Positions 26,748 through 35,835 of a DNA stretch of 63,202 nt are shown here, one piece after another; position 1 is the stretch's first letter; each line of letters begins with the position of its first letter. Position numbers and translations under genes: made by a program. The stretch lies in the IMG/VR virus record IMGVR_UViG_3300030329_003706, positions 1-63,202 of that record; one strand, given 5' to 3'. The DNA is from a virus. Lineage: Duplodnaviria > Caudoviricetes. Under the pieces are notes generated by a model. It searched no databases. It was not told the origin of the DNA and was given only the letters and a program-made list of their open reading frames with translations.

Positions 26748-27029
26748 TTAAAGCCTCCTGATAACCAATAGCAGTAAGCCACGACGAGCACCCATGCTGA
26801 ACACAGCATGAGTACCCCATAGATAAACTCGGGAGAGTATATCATATTAATAACTTCAGTCATTACTTTACTCCTTAACTATTTCATATTCAGGATTATC
26901 ATTCTTCAGATACTCTACGGCATCATCAAGAAACTTATCTATTTGTATATAGATTTTCATTTCGCCATCTTCGTCAAACTGAATATATTGATTAATATCA
27001 ATAGTTAACTTTGTAAGGATTGTCATTAC

Positions 27030-27275
27030 TTAGCCTCCTCTTTTAAAGCCATCAAACTTATTAATTTTGAATTTGGCAAAGTGATCATAGACGTCTTGTA
27101 AAAGATAAGTTGCTTGTTTATTTGCTTTTTCAAGCTCGTCTACTTTTAGGCTAAGTTTACCGAGTTCACGGTTCATTATTTTTAGGCGTGTGCTTAGAAT
27201 ATCAACCGTATTATCAACAGGCATATCCCGAACAGTATTAGAAATCCTATCATTATTTTTACTCTTTCTTTCCAT
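27030..27275 (-). CDS. Hypothetical coiled-coil protein
   Basis: TAGAAAGGAG RBS; promoter at 27389. Confidence 0.6.
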   Translation of the reverse strand: MERKSKNNDRISNTVRDMPVDNTVDILSTRLKIMNRELGKLSLKVDELEKANKQATYLLQDVYDHFAKFKINKFDGFKRGG

Positions 27276-27388
27276 GTGCTCTCCTTTCTAAAAAGCGTTT
27301 GTTGGTGTGAGGCGTAAGATTCGCTCGCAACTGATTCTCTTACTTTAATAATAGTACCTAGGACTGCGAGTATTAACCCCACTAATAA

Positions 27389-27432
27389 ATATTACTACAG
27401 CATTTGTCGTATGATAAGTCTTATTTGTTCTT
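27389..27432 (-). promoter_or_regulatory. Phage promoter TTATCA-N17-TAATAT
   Basis: GATAAGTCTTATTTGTTCT on the + strand. Confidence 0.7.
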
Positions 27433-27816
27433 GTATTTTCTTAAAACGCCCTCAATATCAGGAGGTTTGTAGCTTGGTCCTTTGAGTATTTTGCCATCTT
27501 TACGATAAATAGGTTTTCCCTCGTCATCAAGTTTTGACATATTGCTTTTATGAACTTCTGTGAATAATGGATCAAGGTCTATGCCAAAAGAGTGACCAAT
27601 CCCGTAAACAACATATAGTAAATCGGTTAAGCCATCAGCAATACCTATTATATCTTTTTCTGCTAGTGCTTTATAGAACTCTGCTAATTCTTCCTCTAGC
27701 AATAGCATACCAAGTTTTGAGGTATCTTCATCAGGAAAGGTTGGTGTGTCGTGGACTTTATGCCCGAAAGTCTTCATAAATATTTTTACTTTCCCAGAGT
27801 TTGAAAAACCTGTCAT
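27421..27816 (-). CDS. MazG-like/PRA-PH-family nucleoside triphosphate pyrophosphohydrolase
   Basis: EELAE...ADGLTDLLYVVYG...EVHKSNMSK...RKDGKILKGP. Confidence 0.85.
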   Translation of the reverse strand: MTGFSNSGKVKIFMKTFGHKVHDTPTFPDEDTSKLGMLLLEEELAEFYKALAEKDIIGIADGLTDLLYVVYGIGHSFGIDLDPLFTEVHKSNMSKLDDEGKPIYRKDGKILKGPSYKPPDIEGVLRKYKNK

Positions 27817-28049
27817 CTAATCCTCCATATTCTTACCGTACCATCTGGCATTTGCCTTTGAGTAAGGACAATATTGTAGTTAAAGTGAATCCACGCTTGT
27901 ATCTTTTGTGCTTCTTTTAAGCTCTTTACTTTAAAGCTGTCACCAATCTCCATTTCAGTTACAAAGGAGTATGTACCTAGACTATGGTGTGTTTGTCTTG
28001 GTTTCCCCGATCGTTTGGGTGGAAGTGGAATATCTTTTTCTATTTTCAT
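27813..28049 (-). CDS. Conserved small phage protein
   Basis: KIEKDIPLP...MEIGDSF...VRIWR pattern. Confidence 0.65.
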   Translation of the reverse strand: MKIEKDIPLPPKRSGKPRQTHHSLGTYSFVTEMEIGDSFKVKSLKEAQKIQAWIHFNYNIVLTQRQMPDGTVRIWRIR

Positions 28050-28061
28050 TTAAGTCTCCAT

Positions 28062-28361
28062 TCAGTATCTATCTGAAAGACGATTCATTATCAAGCCCTT
28101 ACTACGGACTTTGTTTAAAAACTCTAGTATAAGGTCAAAATCGACTGTCTCAAACAACCTAATGAGTTCTGTTTCTTTTACAGAGAGGTGGTGAGTTGTG
28201 CCTTGTTGTCTAGAAAAGAAATCATTTTCTTTCTTCCAGTCTTCCCAACAATTAAATCCTTTTTCTGTTGGTAATCGTAAGGCGAGGAGAGCGGGAGTCG
28301 CTTTAGACTCCCACACCCAGTCTGCTATAATATCGTAAGGTATAGGGATTTTTACTGCCAT
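28062..28361 (-). CDS. Hypothetical protein
   Basis: Coupled ORF. Confidence 0.5.
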   Translation of the reverse strand: MAVKIPIPYDIIADWVWESKATPALLALRLPTEKGFNCWEDWKKENDFFSRQQGTTHHLSVKETELIRLFETVDFDLILEFLNKVRSKGLIMNRLSDRY

Positions 28362-28609
28362 TAACTCATTCCTTCTGGTTTAGGTAAGGGAACTCTCATA
28401 TATGTCGGATATTCTTCTACTTCAACACAGTTTCGTTTACCGACCCAAGGATCACTTCTTTGATTAAGAGCTGAAGCGATATACATACAAGTTTCGTAAT
28501 CATGAAACACAAGTCTGTGTATTTGGTGCTTATCGGTTTCAATATCGGGTAGGGTGATTAAAAACAAAGTAAAATAAGTGATGGTAGTATTCATATTCCT
28601 TCCCTCCAT
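28361..28609 (-). CDS. Hypothetical protein
   Basis: Hydrophobic N-terminus and a Cys pair. Confidence 0.5.
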   Translation of the reverse strand: MEGRNMNTTITYFTLFLITLPDIETDKHQIHRLVFHDYETCMYIASALNQRSDPWVGKRNCVEVEEYPTYMRVPLPKPEGMS

Positions 28610-28761
28610 TGCCTAAGTATCTCCTCAGCATGTTCTTTAGCCATTGTACCGAGTTCTTTTTCTATAACCTTTAGAGCCTGCTCGTTTGTGGCTCCTTCAG
28701 TGTTAAGCAGATGATAAAGTTCCTCTTCTGCTTGGATAAGTAAATCTTTAACTTTTCCCAT

Positions 28762-29316
28762 TTATTTACCTCCTTTTTTCTTTATTGGTTCTTCAATTTC
28801 CCACTGACCCAGATAAGTTAAGGCTTCGCTCGCAACTATAGGTCGGTAGTTTTCTATTTCATATTCAGCATTTGAAGGGAGATCTACTTTCCACACATGA
28901 AAGTTACAACAAAAGGCAACTGTCCCACTACGGTGTTCATTTTCACCCATGTTTGTGAAATAATCAAATACTTCATATATATCGTTGCTTGTTCTCCATC
29001 TAAAAACATTAGAACCAAAGAAATGATAGGGTTGGTTGGTTGAATCTTTGGTTTGTATCATGGGCTTACCCATGACTTTACCGTCTTTAGAGACACAGTC
29101 AGGGTTGTACACTTTTCTGGTATATATCCAGTTTATTTTTTTACGCATGGTTATCCTCCGATAATAATTTTTGGTGAAATGCGTTATGCTCGGCTTCAGT
29201 TTGATGTTTTGCAATGAAACGCATATTTTCGTATTTGCCCCAAATCTCTTTTTGATATTTAAGCCATGTTTTGAAGTGCTTGATTGCCTTGTGCTGAGAA
29301 ACAGCAACATAATCAT
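28762..29316 (-). CDS. Hypothetical protein (true start probably MRKKINW near 29148)
   Basis: GGAGG lies before the internal Met; the upstream part overlaps 29141..29356. Confidence 0.55.
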   Translation of the reverse strand: MIMLLFLSTRQSSTSKHGLNIKKRFGANTKICVSLQNIKLKPSITHFTKNYYRRITMRKKINWIYTRKVYNPDCVSKDGKVMGKPMIQTKDSTNQPYHFFGSNVFRWRTSNDIYEVFDYFTNMGENEHRSGTVAFCCNFHVWKVDLPSNAEYEIENYRPIVASEALTYLGQWEIEEPIKKKGGK

Positions 29317-29356
29317 TGCCCTGAACTAAATACAGATAATGATATTTTATACACAT
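29141..29356 (-). CDS. Hypothetical early protein
   Basis: TAGAAAGGAG RBS; promoter at 29397. Confidence 0.6.
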   Translation of the reverse strand: MCIKYHYLYLVQGNDYVAVSQHKAIKHFKTWLKYQKEIWGKYENMRFIAKHQTEAEHNAFHQKLLSEDNHA

Positions 29357-29396
29357 TTATTAACTCCTTTCTACGAGTTTTATTTGCTATACTTAC

Positions 29397-29447
29397 ATTC
29401 TAGGGCAACAATAGTCTGTTGATAAGTCTAATTTGCTCTTATTTATT
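29397..29447 (-). promoter_or_regulatory. Phage promoter TTATCA-N17-TAGAAT
   Basis: Family member with two upstream boxes. Confidence 0.7.
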
Positions 29448-30093
29448 CTTCTTGTTTTAGGCAGTCACAAGACGGTTCGCCTTGTTCGTAAGTGTTATCA
29501 CATTCGGGGCATATGTTTTCGTAGTAGAAAAAGAGTTTTTGGTTGTGGTGAGTTTTTCTTATTCCTAGCTCACCTGCGTTCTTTTTATCGTAGGGTGACA
29601 TAGAACTCCAAAACGCCCAATTTGTGTGACCCATAGCCTCTTCACATATATCGTCAATTTTTTCTGATGTATCACGCATTTCTTTTTCTCCTTCTATCTG
29701 TTATACGCATTACTTTTTCTATCATTTCTAATTGACCATTAAAGTTGGATTGCTCCCTTGAGCTATGACCTCCATAGTAAATGCTATTTATCTCTTTTTT
29801 TGTTTCACGACAAAAGTCTCTAAGGTTTTCAATGATAGCTTTGTAATATTCAACATCTCTATTCATTTTCATTCTACCAACTCCGATTCACCTACAAACA
29901 TTTCATTTAATGGTGTGATACATTCTTCACCGTTCTTAAAAACTTTAATACTTAATCCTGAACTCCATGGAAAAAACTTTTCATCTAGTTTAGCTACTCT
30001 TATAGAAAAACCATCTACTTCTAGCCATGCTCTCTTTTCTTTAAGAACATAGTCTTTATCTAATATAAAACTTTTCATTACTGACCCTCCCAT
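29443..30093 (-). CDS. Three small coupled hypothetical genes (29443..29679, 29672..29872, 29869..30093)
   Basis: Overlapping start/stop codons in an early operon. Confidence 0.5.
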
Positions 30094-30325
30094 TTGCGTA
30101 TTTGATCTAGCAAACTTGTCGCGGCTTCATTCCTGCCAATGTAAATATCATCTGTGCCGTCTGATGTTACCCAATCTTCACCATTTTCTTTAGCATCAAC
30201 AAACTCTTGACTGTCTTCTATTTCATTTTCAAGCCATTCTTTGACCTTGTTTAGCACCCTCCCCTCGTGTGAAGGGAAGATGCTTTTTAACCATGAGGTT
30301 AATTGTTGAAAAGAAAAGCTCACTG

Positions 30326-30733
30326 TCAATACTCCGATGGCAGGAAGAATACTGTACGTTCTCCACTTTTCTGCATATAAAATTTCCATGTTCCAGGAAA
30401 AGCGTCAGTAAACTCGATTTCACGCTCAAAAAGGGTAGGACTAGTAGCATCGTTCCCATCACTGGCAGTGATTATTGCTTTTTTGTCCTTTACATAAAGA
30501 AACACAACTAAGAAATCATGTTTTTCCATTAGTGGAGCAATTTCGGTAGCGACTATGTCGTTAAACCAATAGGCTCCCCCACTACACTTTTCAAAGAAGT
30601 AACGTGTCCCATCAGTGTAGCAATAGTTATGGACTAAGGGGTGTTTGAAATATTGACTTGTTCCAGTAAACATGTTCAAATTTTGCATAAACTCGTTCAC
30701 CTTAGGATCCTGAAGATTAATTACGTTGTTCAT
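30326..30733 (-). CDS. Conserved hypothetical protein (DUF6876-like)
   Basis: FTGTSQYFKH...YTDG...GAYWF.D...DGND...IEFTD.FP...LPSEY. Confidence 0.65.
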   Translation of the reverse strand: MNNVINLQDPKVNEFMQNLNMFTGTSQYFKHPLVHNYCYTDGTRYFFEKCSGGAYWFNDIVATEIAPLMEKHDFLVVFLYVKDKKAIITASDGNDATSPTLFEREIEFTDAFPGTWKFYMQKSGERTVFFLPSEY

Positions 30734-30765
30734 TTATTCCTCCTTTCTATAAGGAATTAAGTTAA

Positions 30766-31135
30766 AAAACAAAGAGCAGAGGCAAAAATGTTTAGTGGTA
30801 TAGAAAAACATTGTGAAAATAACACCTCTGCTCCAACAGATTTGGGTAGAACTTTTCAAGCTAAACGCAAACTCAACCAGAAAGGAATGTTCTACCCAAG
30901 CCTAGTATAAGAATAACAAATAAAAGCATCGTTGATAAGTCTTATTTGTTCTTATTTATTCCGCTAAAAAGAGGGGAGCAAAAGTAGAAAGGAATGTTAA
31001 AACTATGCAAATTAACAGATTTGCTCCCCAAGTGAGCAGTAATTGGAGATTAAAAGCCCTCAAAGTTTAAGAAAGCTACTTTCGTGTCCACCAACGAAAA
31101 ACTCTTCCTTTAACTAACCGTGCTTTTAATTCACA
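30766..31135 (-). ncRNA. Putative small-RNA cassette of large-loop hairpins
   Basis: No ORF. Stems at 30774-30833, 30842-30899, 30973-31029 and about 31049-31130, lying directly downstream of promoters 30910 and 31142. Confidence 0.55.
30910..30960 (-). promoter_or_regulatory. Phage promoter TTATCA-N17-TATTCT
   Basis: GATAAGTCTTATTTGTTCTTATTTATT on the + strand. Confidence 0.7.
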
Positions 31136-31141
31136 CTATAA

Positions 31142-31191
31142 ATAATACACTATTTTTTATCTATGATAAGTCTTATTTGCTCTTATTTATT
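31142..31191 (-). promoter_or_regulatory. Phage promoter TTATCA-N16-TATTAT
   Basis: GATAAGTCTTATTTGCTCTTATTTATT on the + strand. Confidence 0.7.
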
Positions 31192-31389
31192 CTTCCAAGT
31201 AGAACCTATTAAGAATCCACACTCTGCACAAGAAATACCTCCTTCTTGTTTGGGCTTTTCTTCCTCTGTCACAAGGTGAAAAACATTACTCCCACAAAGA
31301 GAACACATTAAAACTCTCACTTGTTTTTCTTCTACGGTAGGTTTAGTCTCTCTCCTGAAGGGGATTACATTACTTTTTTGCTTTTCCAT
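31183..31389 (-). CDS. Small Zn-ribbon protein
   Basis: CSLCG...CAECG. Confidence 0.6.
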   Translation of the reverse strand: MEKQKSNVIPFRRETKPTVEEKQVRVLMCSLCGSNVFHLVTEEEKPKQEGGISCAECGFLIGSTWKNK

Positions 31390-31433
31390 ATCTGACCTTT
31401 TTATTGCCTGTAATAATACACCATATTAAGCAA

Positions 31434-31646
31434 TTAGCTCGTTGACTTTTCCTTTTTGTTCCTTTTTTGTTGTTTTTTGCCCTTATTATTGAATAAATCA
31501 GGAGAAATCACCGAGTTTTTCGCTTCTTTTTGCATTTCTTTCCATGCTTTTAACACTTCTGGCTTGAGAAATCGTACATGTTTGACCCTTTTATCAGGTT
31601 CTATTTTTTTCAACGCAAATTGTTCTTCCAGTGAGGTTTTTGTCAT
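31434..31646 (-). CDS. Hypothetical basic protein
   Basis: AAGGA RBS. Confidence 0.45.
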   Translation of the reverse strand: MTKTSLEEQFALKKIEPDKRVKHVRFLKPEVLKAWKEMQKEAKNSVISPDLFNNKGKKQQKRNKKEKSTS

Positions 31647-31658
31647 TTTATTTCCTTT

Positions 31659-31907
31659 TCAGTTCATTACAAATTTAGTATAGCAGTCTTTACAATAGCT
31701 TGATGTGGGTATGGCTACTTCTCCACATTCACATTTAAGAGCTCCGTTTAACAACACACGGTGACAAGCACCACAATAGACATCAGTTTTATGATCATCC
31801 TCATAAATTCTGCCTCTTGTTTGTTCTCCACAATAATCACAACTTATAAAGGTTTTCCAATGTCGTTTGTACCGTAGAGGGTTCTTTATTTTTGAGGGTA
31901 ATTGCAT
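31659..31907 (-). CDS. Small Zn-finger protein
   Basis: CDYC, CGAC, CEC and CKDC motifs; AGGAG RBS. Confidence 0.6.
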   Translation of the reverse strand: MQLPSKIKNPLRYKRHWKTFISCDYCGEQTRGRIYEDDHKTDVYCGACHRVLLNGALKCECGEVAIPTSSYCKDCYTKFVMN

Positions 31908-32472
31908 TTATAATCTCCTGTACTTGCTGAAATTCATCCAGTTTTCTATAGTTTTCTTGCAAATAGTTAATTCCCTTTATGAAAACATCTTCCGCAAGAG
32001 AATTTCCTGTTTGCATTAGTCTATAACAATGGAGAATAAGTTCAAGCTTATCTGCTATATCGCATAAAGATTTTTCAAGCACCGTTACTTTATAGATTCT
32101 ACTACCCACCCCTATTTTATCTTCATGGTCGTTTTCCACTTGTTCCATTAATTTATTCAGCTGTGGGTATTTCCACTTAGTCGTTGCAGGCATATCCCCT
32201 GTTTCTGCTTCTGCCACATCATGATACATTAGGTGAATCATGCAGTTTTTACTTACGTCAGGAAAAAGTGTTTGTAAAATAACCATCGCCCTCCATGTAT
32301 GAGCGGCGACATTCTGCCCCTCTGATAACTCTGGTCGAGTATGGTAGCGAACAACATGTCCTGCTTTTAGACGTTCGTGTAGTCTTTGCAAAATAAGTGC
32401 TTTGCTGAATTTAAGTCGTATTGATTTTAAGTCAACATCTGGCTGTGTTGACTCTTGAGTCCTCTTGTCCAT
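31837..32472 (-). CDS. HD-domain phosphohydrolase (YfbR-like 5'-deoxynucleotidase)
   Basis: VVRYHT...QNVAAHTW...YHDVAEAETGDMPATTK...ADKLE. Start placed at the GGAG-preceded ATG 32472 (track start 32508). Confidence 0.85.
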   Translation of the reverse strand: MDKRTQESTQPDVDLKSIRLKFSKALILQRLHERLKAGHVVRYHTRPELSEGQNVAAHTWRAMVILQTLFPDVSKNCMIHLMYHDVAEAETGDMPATTKWKYPQLNKLMEQVENDHEDKIGVGSRIYKVTVLEKSLCDIADKLELILHCYRLMQTGNSLAEDVFIKGINYLQENYRKLDEFQQVQEIINAITLKNKEPSTVQTTLENLYKL

Positions 32473-34343
32473 GGCTTCTCCGTAAATGTTTGTTTTGCCT
32501 CCCCCCAATTTGGTCCAAATTCAGCGTCAACTACTGAGGGAACTTCTAGTTGGACGCAGTTTTCCATGATTTCTGTGATTTGTTTAGCCTGTTGTTCGTC
32601 CTCTACAGAAATATCTAGTTCATCGTGAACTTGAATCATGGGTAGTATACCTTCTTCCGCTAATGCGACCATCGCCGCTTTTGTTTGATCAGCCGCTGAC
32701 CCTTGTATCAGTTTATTCAAGGCTTTATATGTAAACGCTCTTTTGATGGCAGGACCATGCTCTCCGTAAGCTTCTTGGTAGCTCATGGGTTTCCAACTTC
32801 CATATTTGTTAGGCTCCCATTTATCGAATCTACAACGCCTCCCTAACAAAGTGCGTATAACCCCCCGATTACTCGCTCTATTTGAGGTGTATTCACTTAA
32901 TTCTCTTACAAAAGGCACTTTGTCGTGGTAGGTGGAGAATAAATCTTGAGCATCTTCGTATTCGAGTCCTAAACTAGCGGCGAGTTTCTTACTTCCCATA
33001 CCATAAAACAGTCCTAAGTTAATGTCTTTGGCTTGTTTGCGTGGAACTCCTACAATATCAGCCGCCATTTGGTGGAAATCTGTTCTTGCGTTTTGGTTGT
33101 ATTGCTCAGAGAACTCTGAAGCCCCTCTGAACCCCATCAACTTAGCATAATGAACAACTATGCGTGGTTCTTGGCTAGAGTAGTCGAACGCACCCCATAA
33201 GGCTCCTTCTTCTGGTAAGAATAGGCTACGTATCATTGGTCCAATTTCACCATGCCTAGCAGGGATTTGTTGTAGGTTTGGATTGCTGTAGCTAAACCTA
33301 CCTGTGACTGTACCCCCTTGATCGCTTCTCAAGGGGTGTAGCTCAGCGTGAATACGTCCATTCACCTGATGTTTTAAAACGGTGTCTACAAAAGTAGACC
33401 TTGCTTTTTGATATTCACGAGCCTGCACTATCATTTTAGGTATTTCATGGGGGTGATTAGCTAAAAATCCTTTAGTAAAAGAAGGAGCTTCGGTTTTTTC
33501 TGTTTTGGTGTAGCTAAGATTTAAAGAATCAAACACTTTTGCCACACTTTCGGCTGACCAGATTTCTACTGCAACCCCTGTCTTTTTAAGAATAGTCGTT
33601 AGAAGATTATTTTCCCTAACTAATAAATCTTCTTTTATCTTCTCTGCTTTGTCTAGGTCTACTCTAACTCCTCTTTGTCTCATAGGAATAATGGTTTTTA
33701 AAACTTTAAGCTCTAAATTAAAGATATCCTGAATGTCCTCCTTAATAATTAAGGATTTAAAGTGCTTCCATAACCTTAATGTAAGCGAGGCATCTTGTTC
33801 TGCGTATTTGCCTACATGAGCCGCAGGGAGTTTATACATTTCGCTTTTTGCATTTACTCCAAAAGCTTCGGCGGCTTCTCTTAATTCAACCTCACTTTTA
33901 CGCTCTTGTAGGTAATCTCTTCCCAAAGCATTTAGAGCATAACTAAACCTGTTCTCATCTAGTAAAGGAGCAACAACCATTGTGTCAACAATTCTGCCGT
34001 GAATGGTTACGTTTTCAGCGAGTAACCAACCGACATCGTAAGGAGCATTGTGGAAAATGTAATCTCGGTCTATTTTACAAACAGAAGCTAACCACTTTAA
34101 TGTCATATCGGGATCGAAATTAGGTCCGATTTCGTGGCGAATGGGAAAATACCATTGGTCTCCTTCTACAGCTACGGCTACTCCTATTATACAGCCATCT
34201 TTTCTAGCCCAACCACTTCCCATAGAGGAAAGATTAGGATCTTTGGTTTCAAGATCTATTGATACTTCTTTAGCATGACTTAAATCTGGGTAGCCATCTG
34301 GCATAACCCATTCAGTCGGGGGTTGAAATAGGGGGTACTGCAT
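32427..34343 (-). CDS. polA: DNA polymerase family A with 3'-5' exonuclease
   Basis: DLET, HNAPYD and YAEQD exonuclease motifs; TGRFS..NPNLQQIP; DYSSQEPR; RKQAKDINLGLFYG; VHDEL. Confidence 0.97.
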   Translation of the reverse strand: MQYPLFQPPTEWVMPDGYPDLSHAKEVSIDLETKDPNLSSMGSGWARKDGCIIGVAVAVEGDQWYFPIRHEIGPNFDPDMTLKWLASVCKIDRDYIFHNAPYDVGWLLAENVTIHGRIVDTMVVAPLLDENRFSYALNALGRDYLQERKSEVELREAAEAFGVNAKSEMYKLPAAHVGKYAEQDASLTLRLWKHFKSLIIKEDIQDIFNLELKVLKTIIPMRQRGVRVDLDKAEKIKEDLLVRENNLLTTILKKTGVAVEIWSAESVAKVFDSLNLSYTKTEKTEAPSFTKGFLANHPHEIPKMIVQAREYQKARSTFVDTVLKHQVNGRIHAELHPLRSDQGGTVTGRFSYSNPNLQQIPARHGEIGPMIRSLFLPEEGALWGAFDYSSQEPRIVVHYAKLMGFRGASEFSEQYNQNARTDFHQMAADIVGVPRKQAKDINLGLFYGMGSKKLAASLGLEYEDAQDLFSTYHDKVPFVRELSEYTSNRASNRGVIRTLLGRRCRFDKWEPNKYGSWKPMSYQEAYGEHGPAIKRAFTYKALNKLIQGSAADQTKAAMVALAEEGILPMIQVHDELDISVEDEQQAKQITEIMENCVQLEVPSVVDAEFGPNWGEAKQTFTEKPWTRGLKSQHSQMLT

Positions 34344-34512
34344 TTCGTTTTATCCTCATTGATTGTTTACATCTTTTACAGATGGGAAATTTGTTTTTTA
34401 ATGCTCGAAAGGTAATTATCTTACTTGTTCCACAGTCATCACACACGGCTCTAATTGTGTTATCTAGTTTTCCATTCGCACCTGTCTTCACGAAACATAT
34501 CCTCCTCTTCAT
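34312..34512 (-). CDS. Small Zn-ribbon protein
   Basis: CDDC...CKRC. Confidence 0.5.
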   Translation of the reverse strand: MKRRICFVKTGANGKLDNTIRAVCDDCGTSKIITFRALKNKFPICKRCKQSMRIKRNAVPPISTPD

Positions 34513-34882
34513 GAGATATTCTACTAGGGTGATCTAAACCATCTGTATCATAAGACTCATGGTTATTATCCTTTCTAAGAATTTCTGCTTCTACAAGCAT
34601 AAGATACCTGCGTAAATCTTTGATATCATCAATAACACCCTCTGGTCGAGTATCTAACTGAGCTGTTTTGAATATATCATAGTTATGCTCCGTGACTTGC
34701 TTTTCAAGCCTGTCCCATTTACGAGCAAGCATCATAAACGCCCCTACACCTCCACGCTGTTTCCAGCTGTCACCGTAGCTTTGTTCAGATTTATGCAACC
34801 CTTCTACATCTTGCTTTGCTACTTTTTCTACAAGTGCTATCATCGTGCTGTATTGTGTCATTTTTTCCTCCTTTTTAACCAT
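34460..34882 (-). CDS. Nucleotide-modification-associated all-alpha protein (Nmad1/DUF1599-like)
   Basis: SYGDSWKQRG...ARKWDRLE...DDIKDLRRY; adjacent to the TS homologue. Confidence 0.6.
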   Translation of the reverse strand: MVKKEEKMTQYSTMIALVEKVAKQDVEGLHKSEQSYGDSWKQRGGVGAFMMLARKWDRLEKQVTEHNYDIFKTAQLDTRPEGVIDDIKDLRRYLMLVEAEILRKDNNHESYDTDGLDHPSRISHEEEDMFREDRCEWKTR

Positions 34883-35835
34883 TCAACACACGCCTTACGC
34901 CATGCTCTGTCTTCTATTTTAAAAGCATACTTAAAAGCCGAACTCATATTCTTTTGTTTCCACATATGCCACGATTTTCTCATCATAGCCGCCGTCTTGC
35001 CCAAGAATTCATTTTTATAATTGAATAAATCTTCATCTATAAACCATTTTTGCAATTCTTCATCAAAACAACTTGGGTCTGAAACAATAGGGGGAGAACT
35101 GTAACTCAACCCATCATCCGCAATGGTGAGGTAAGGTTCTCTGTCTATTTGCATACCGTCTAACTTTTTTAAAGGCTCTACATAGGCATGAAGATTATTA
35201 CTGAATTGGTAATAGTCGCCCACCTTACAGCCTGTCATAGATGCCATATACTCTTGCAGTATAGACATATGCACAGCATTAGCTCCATAAGCTCCCCATA
35301 TCATATCATTACTACGATTAACTACTGTCATGTGAAGTTCACTTTTTCGTTTCCAAAAGAAGATTTGTGTATTACAGGGGTGATCTTTACCACCATTACT
35401 TCTATGGAGGTCTTGTATGGGATCCCACATATTTATAACCACTCTCCTATCGTTGGGATAAGTGGTTAATCTAAATATGGCAATTTCTAACTGATCTTTA
35501 CCAAACCATGTTCTCCACCTGTAACCGTAAGCTCCATGTGAAGTTATTCCATCATCACTGTATTCCACCATTCGCTTATTGTAGTTTTGTATAAACTCTA
35601 CATCGTTTCTACCTGCTAACATCCAAAGGGATTCCATTAAATGGAAATAGGGGTTAGCGTCCCTTTCTGGATAAAACAATACTCTTTCTCTACTGTGTGT
35701 ATAGGTCGTTACAACTGGACCAGGAAACTCCAATGCTAACCCATTACGAGTTTCCACTTCTATACCTGAAGATTCTAAAGCATCTTTGCCTATGGCTAAA
35801 GCTTCACTAACATTACGAACCCATATTTCTTGCAT
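34858..35835 (-). CDS. Thymidylate synthase-family enzyme, probably dUMP hydroxymethylase
   Basis: ETRNG, HGAYGYRWR, catalytic KDHPCN, NRSND..WGAYGAN (Asn, dUMP-type) and NLHAY; lies in the modification cluster. Confidence 0.85.
   Translation of the reverse strand: MQEIWVRNVSEALAIGKDALESSGIEVETRNGLALEFPGPVVTTYTHSRERVLFYPERDANPYFHLMESLWMLAGRNDVEFIQNYNKRMVEYSDDGITSHGAYGYRWRTWFGKDQLEIAIFRLTTYPNDRRVVINMWDPIQDLHRSNGGKDHPCNTQIFFWKRKSELHMTVVNRSNDMIWGAYGANAVHMSILQEYMASMTGCKVGDYYQFSNNLHAYVEPLKKLDGMQIDREPYLTIADDGLSYSSPPIVSDPSCFDEELQKWFIDEDLFNYKNEFLGKTAAMMRKSWHMWKQKNMSSAFKYAFKIEDRAWRKACVEWLKRRKK

Noticed and set aside
31837-32472. HD protein as DatZ of a 2-aminoadenine (Z-genome) pathway
   Set aside because: No PurZ homologue is present; the neighbouring genes point to pyrimidine modification.
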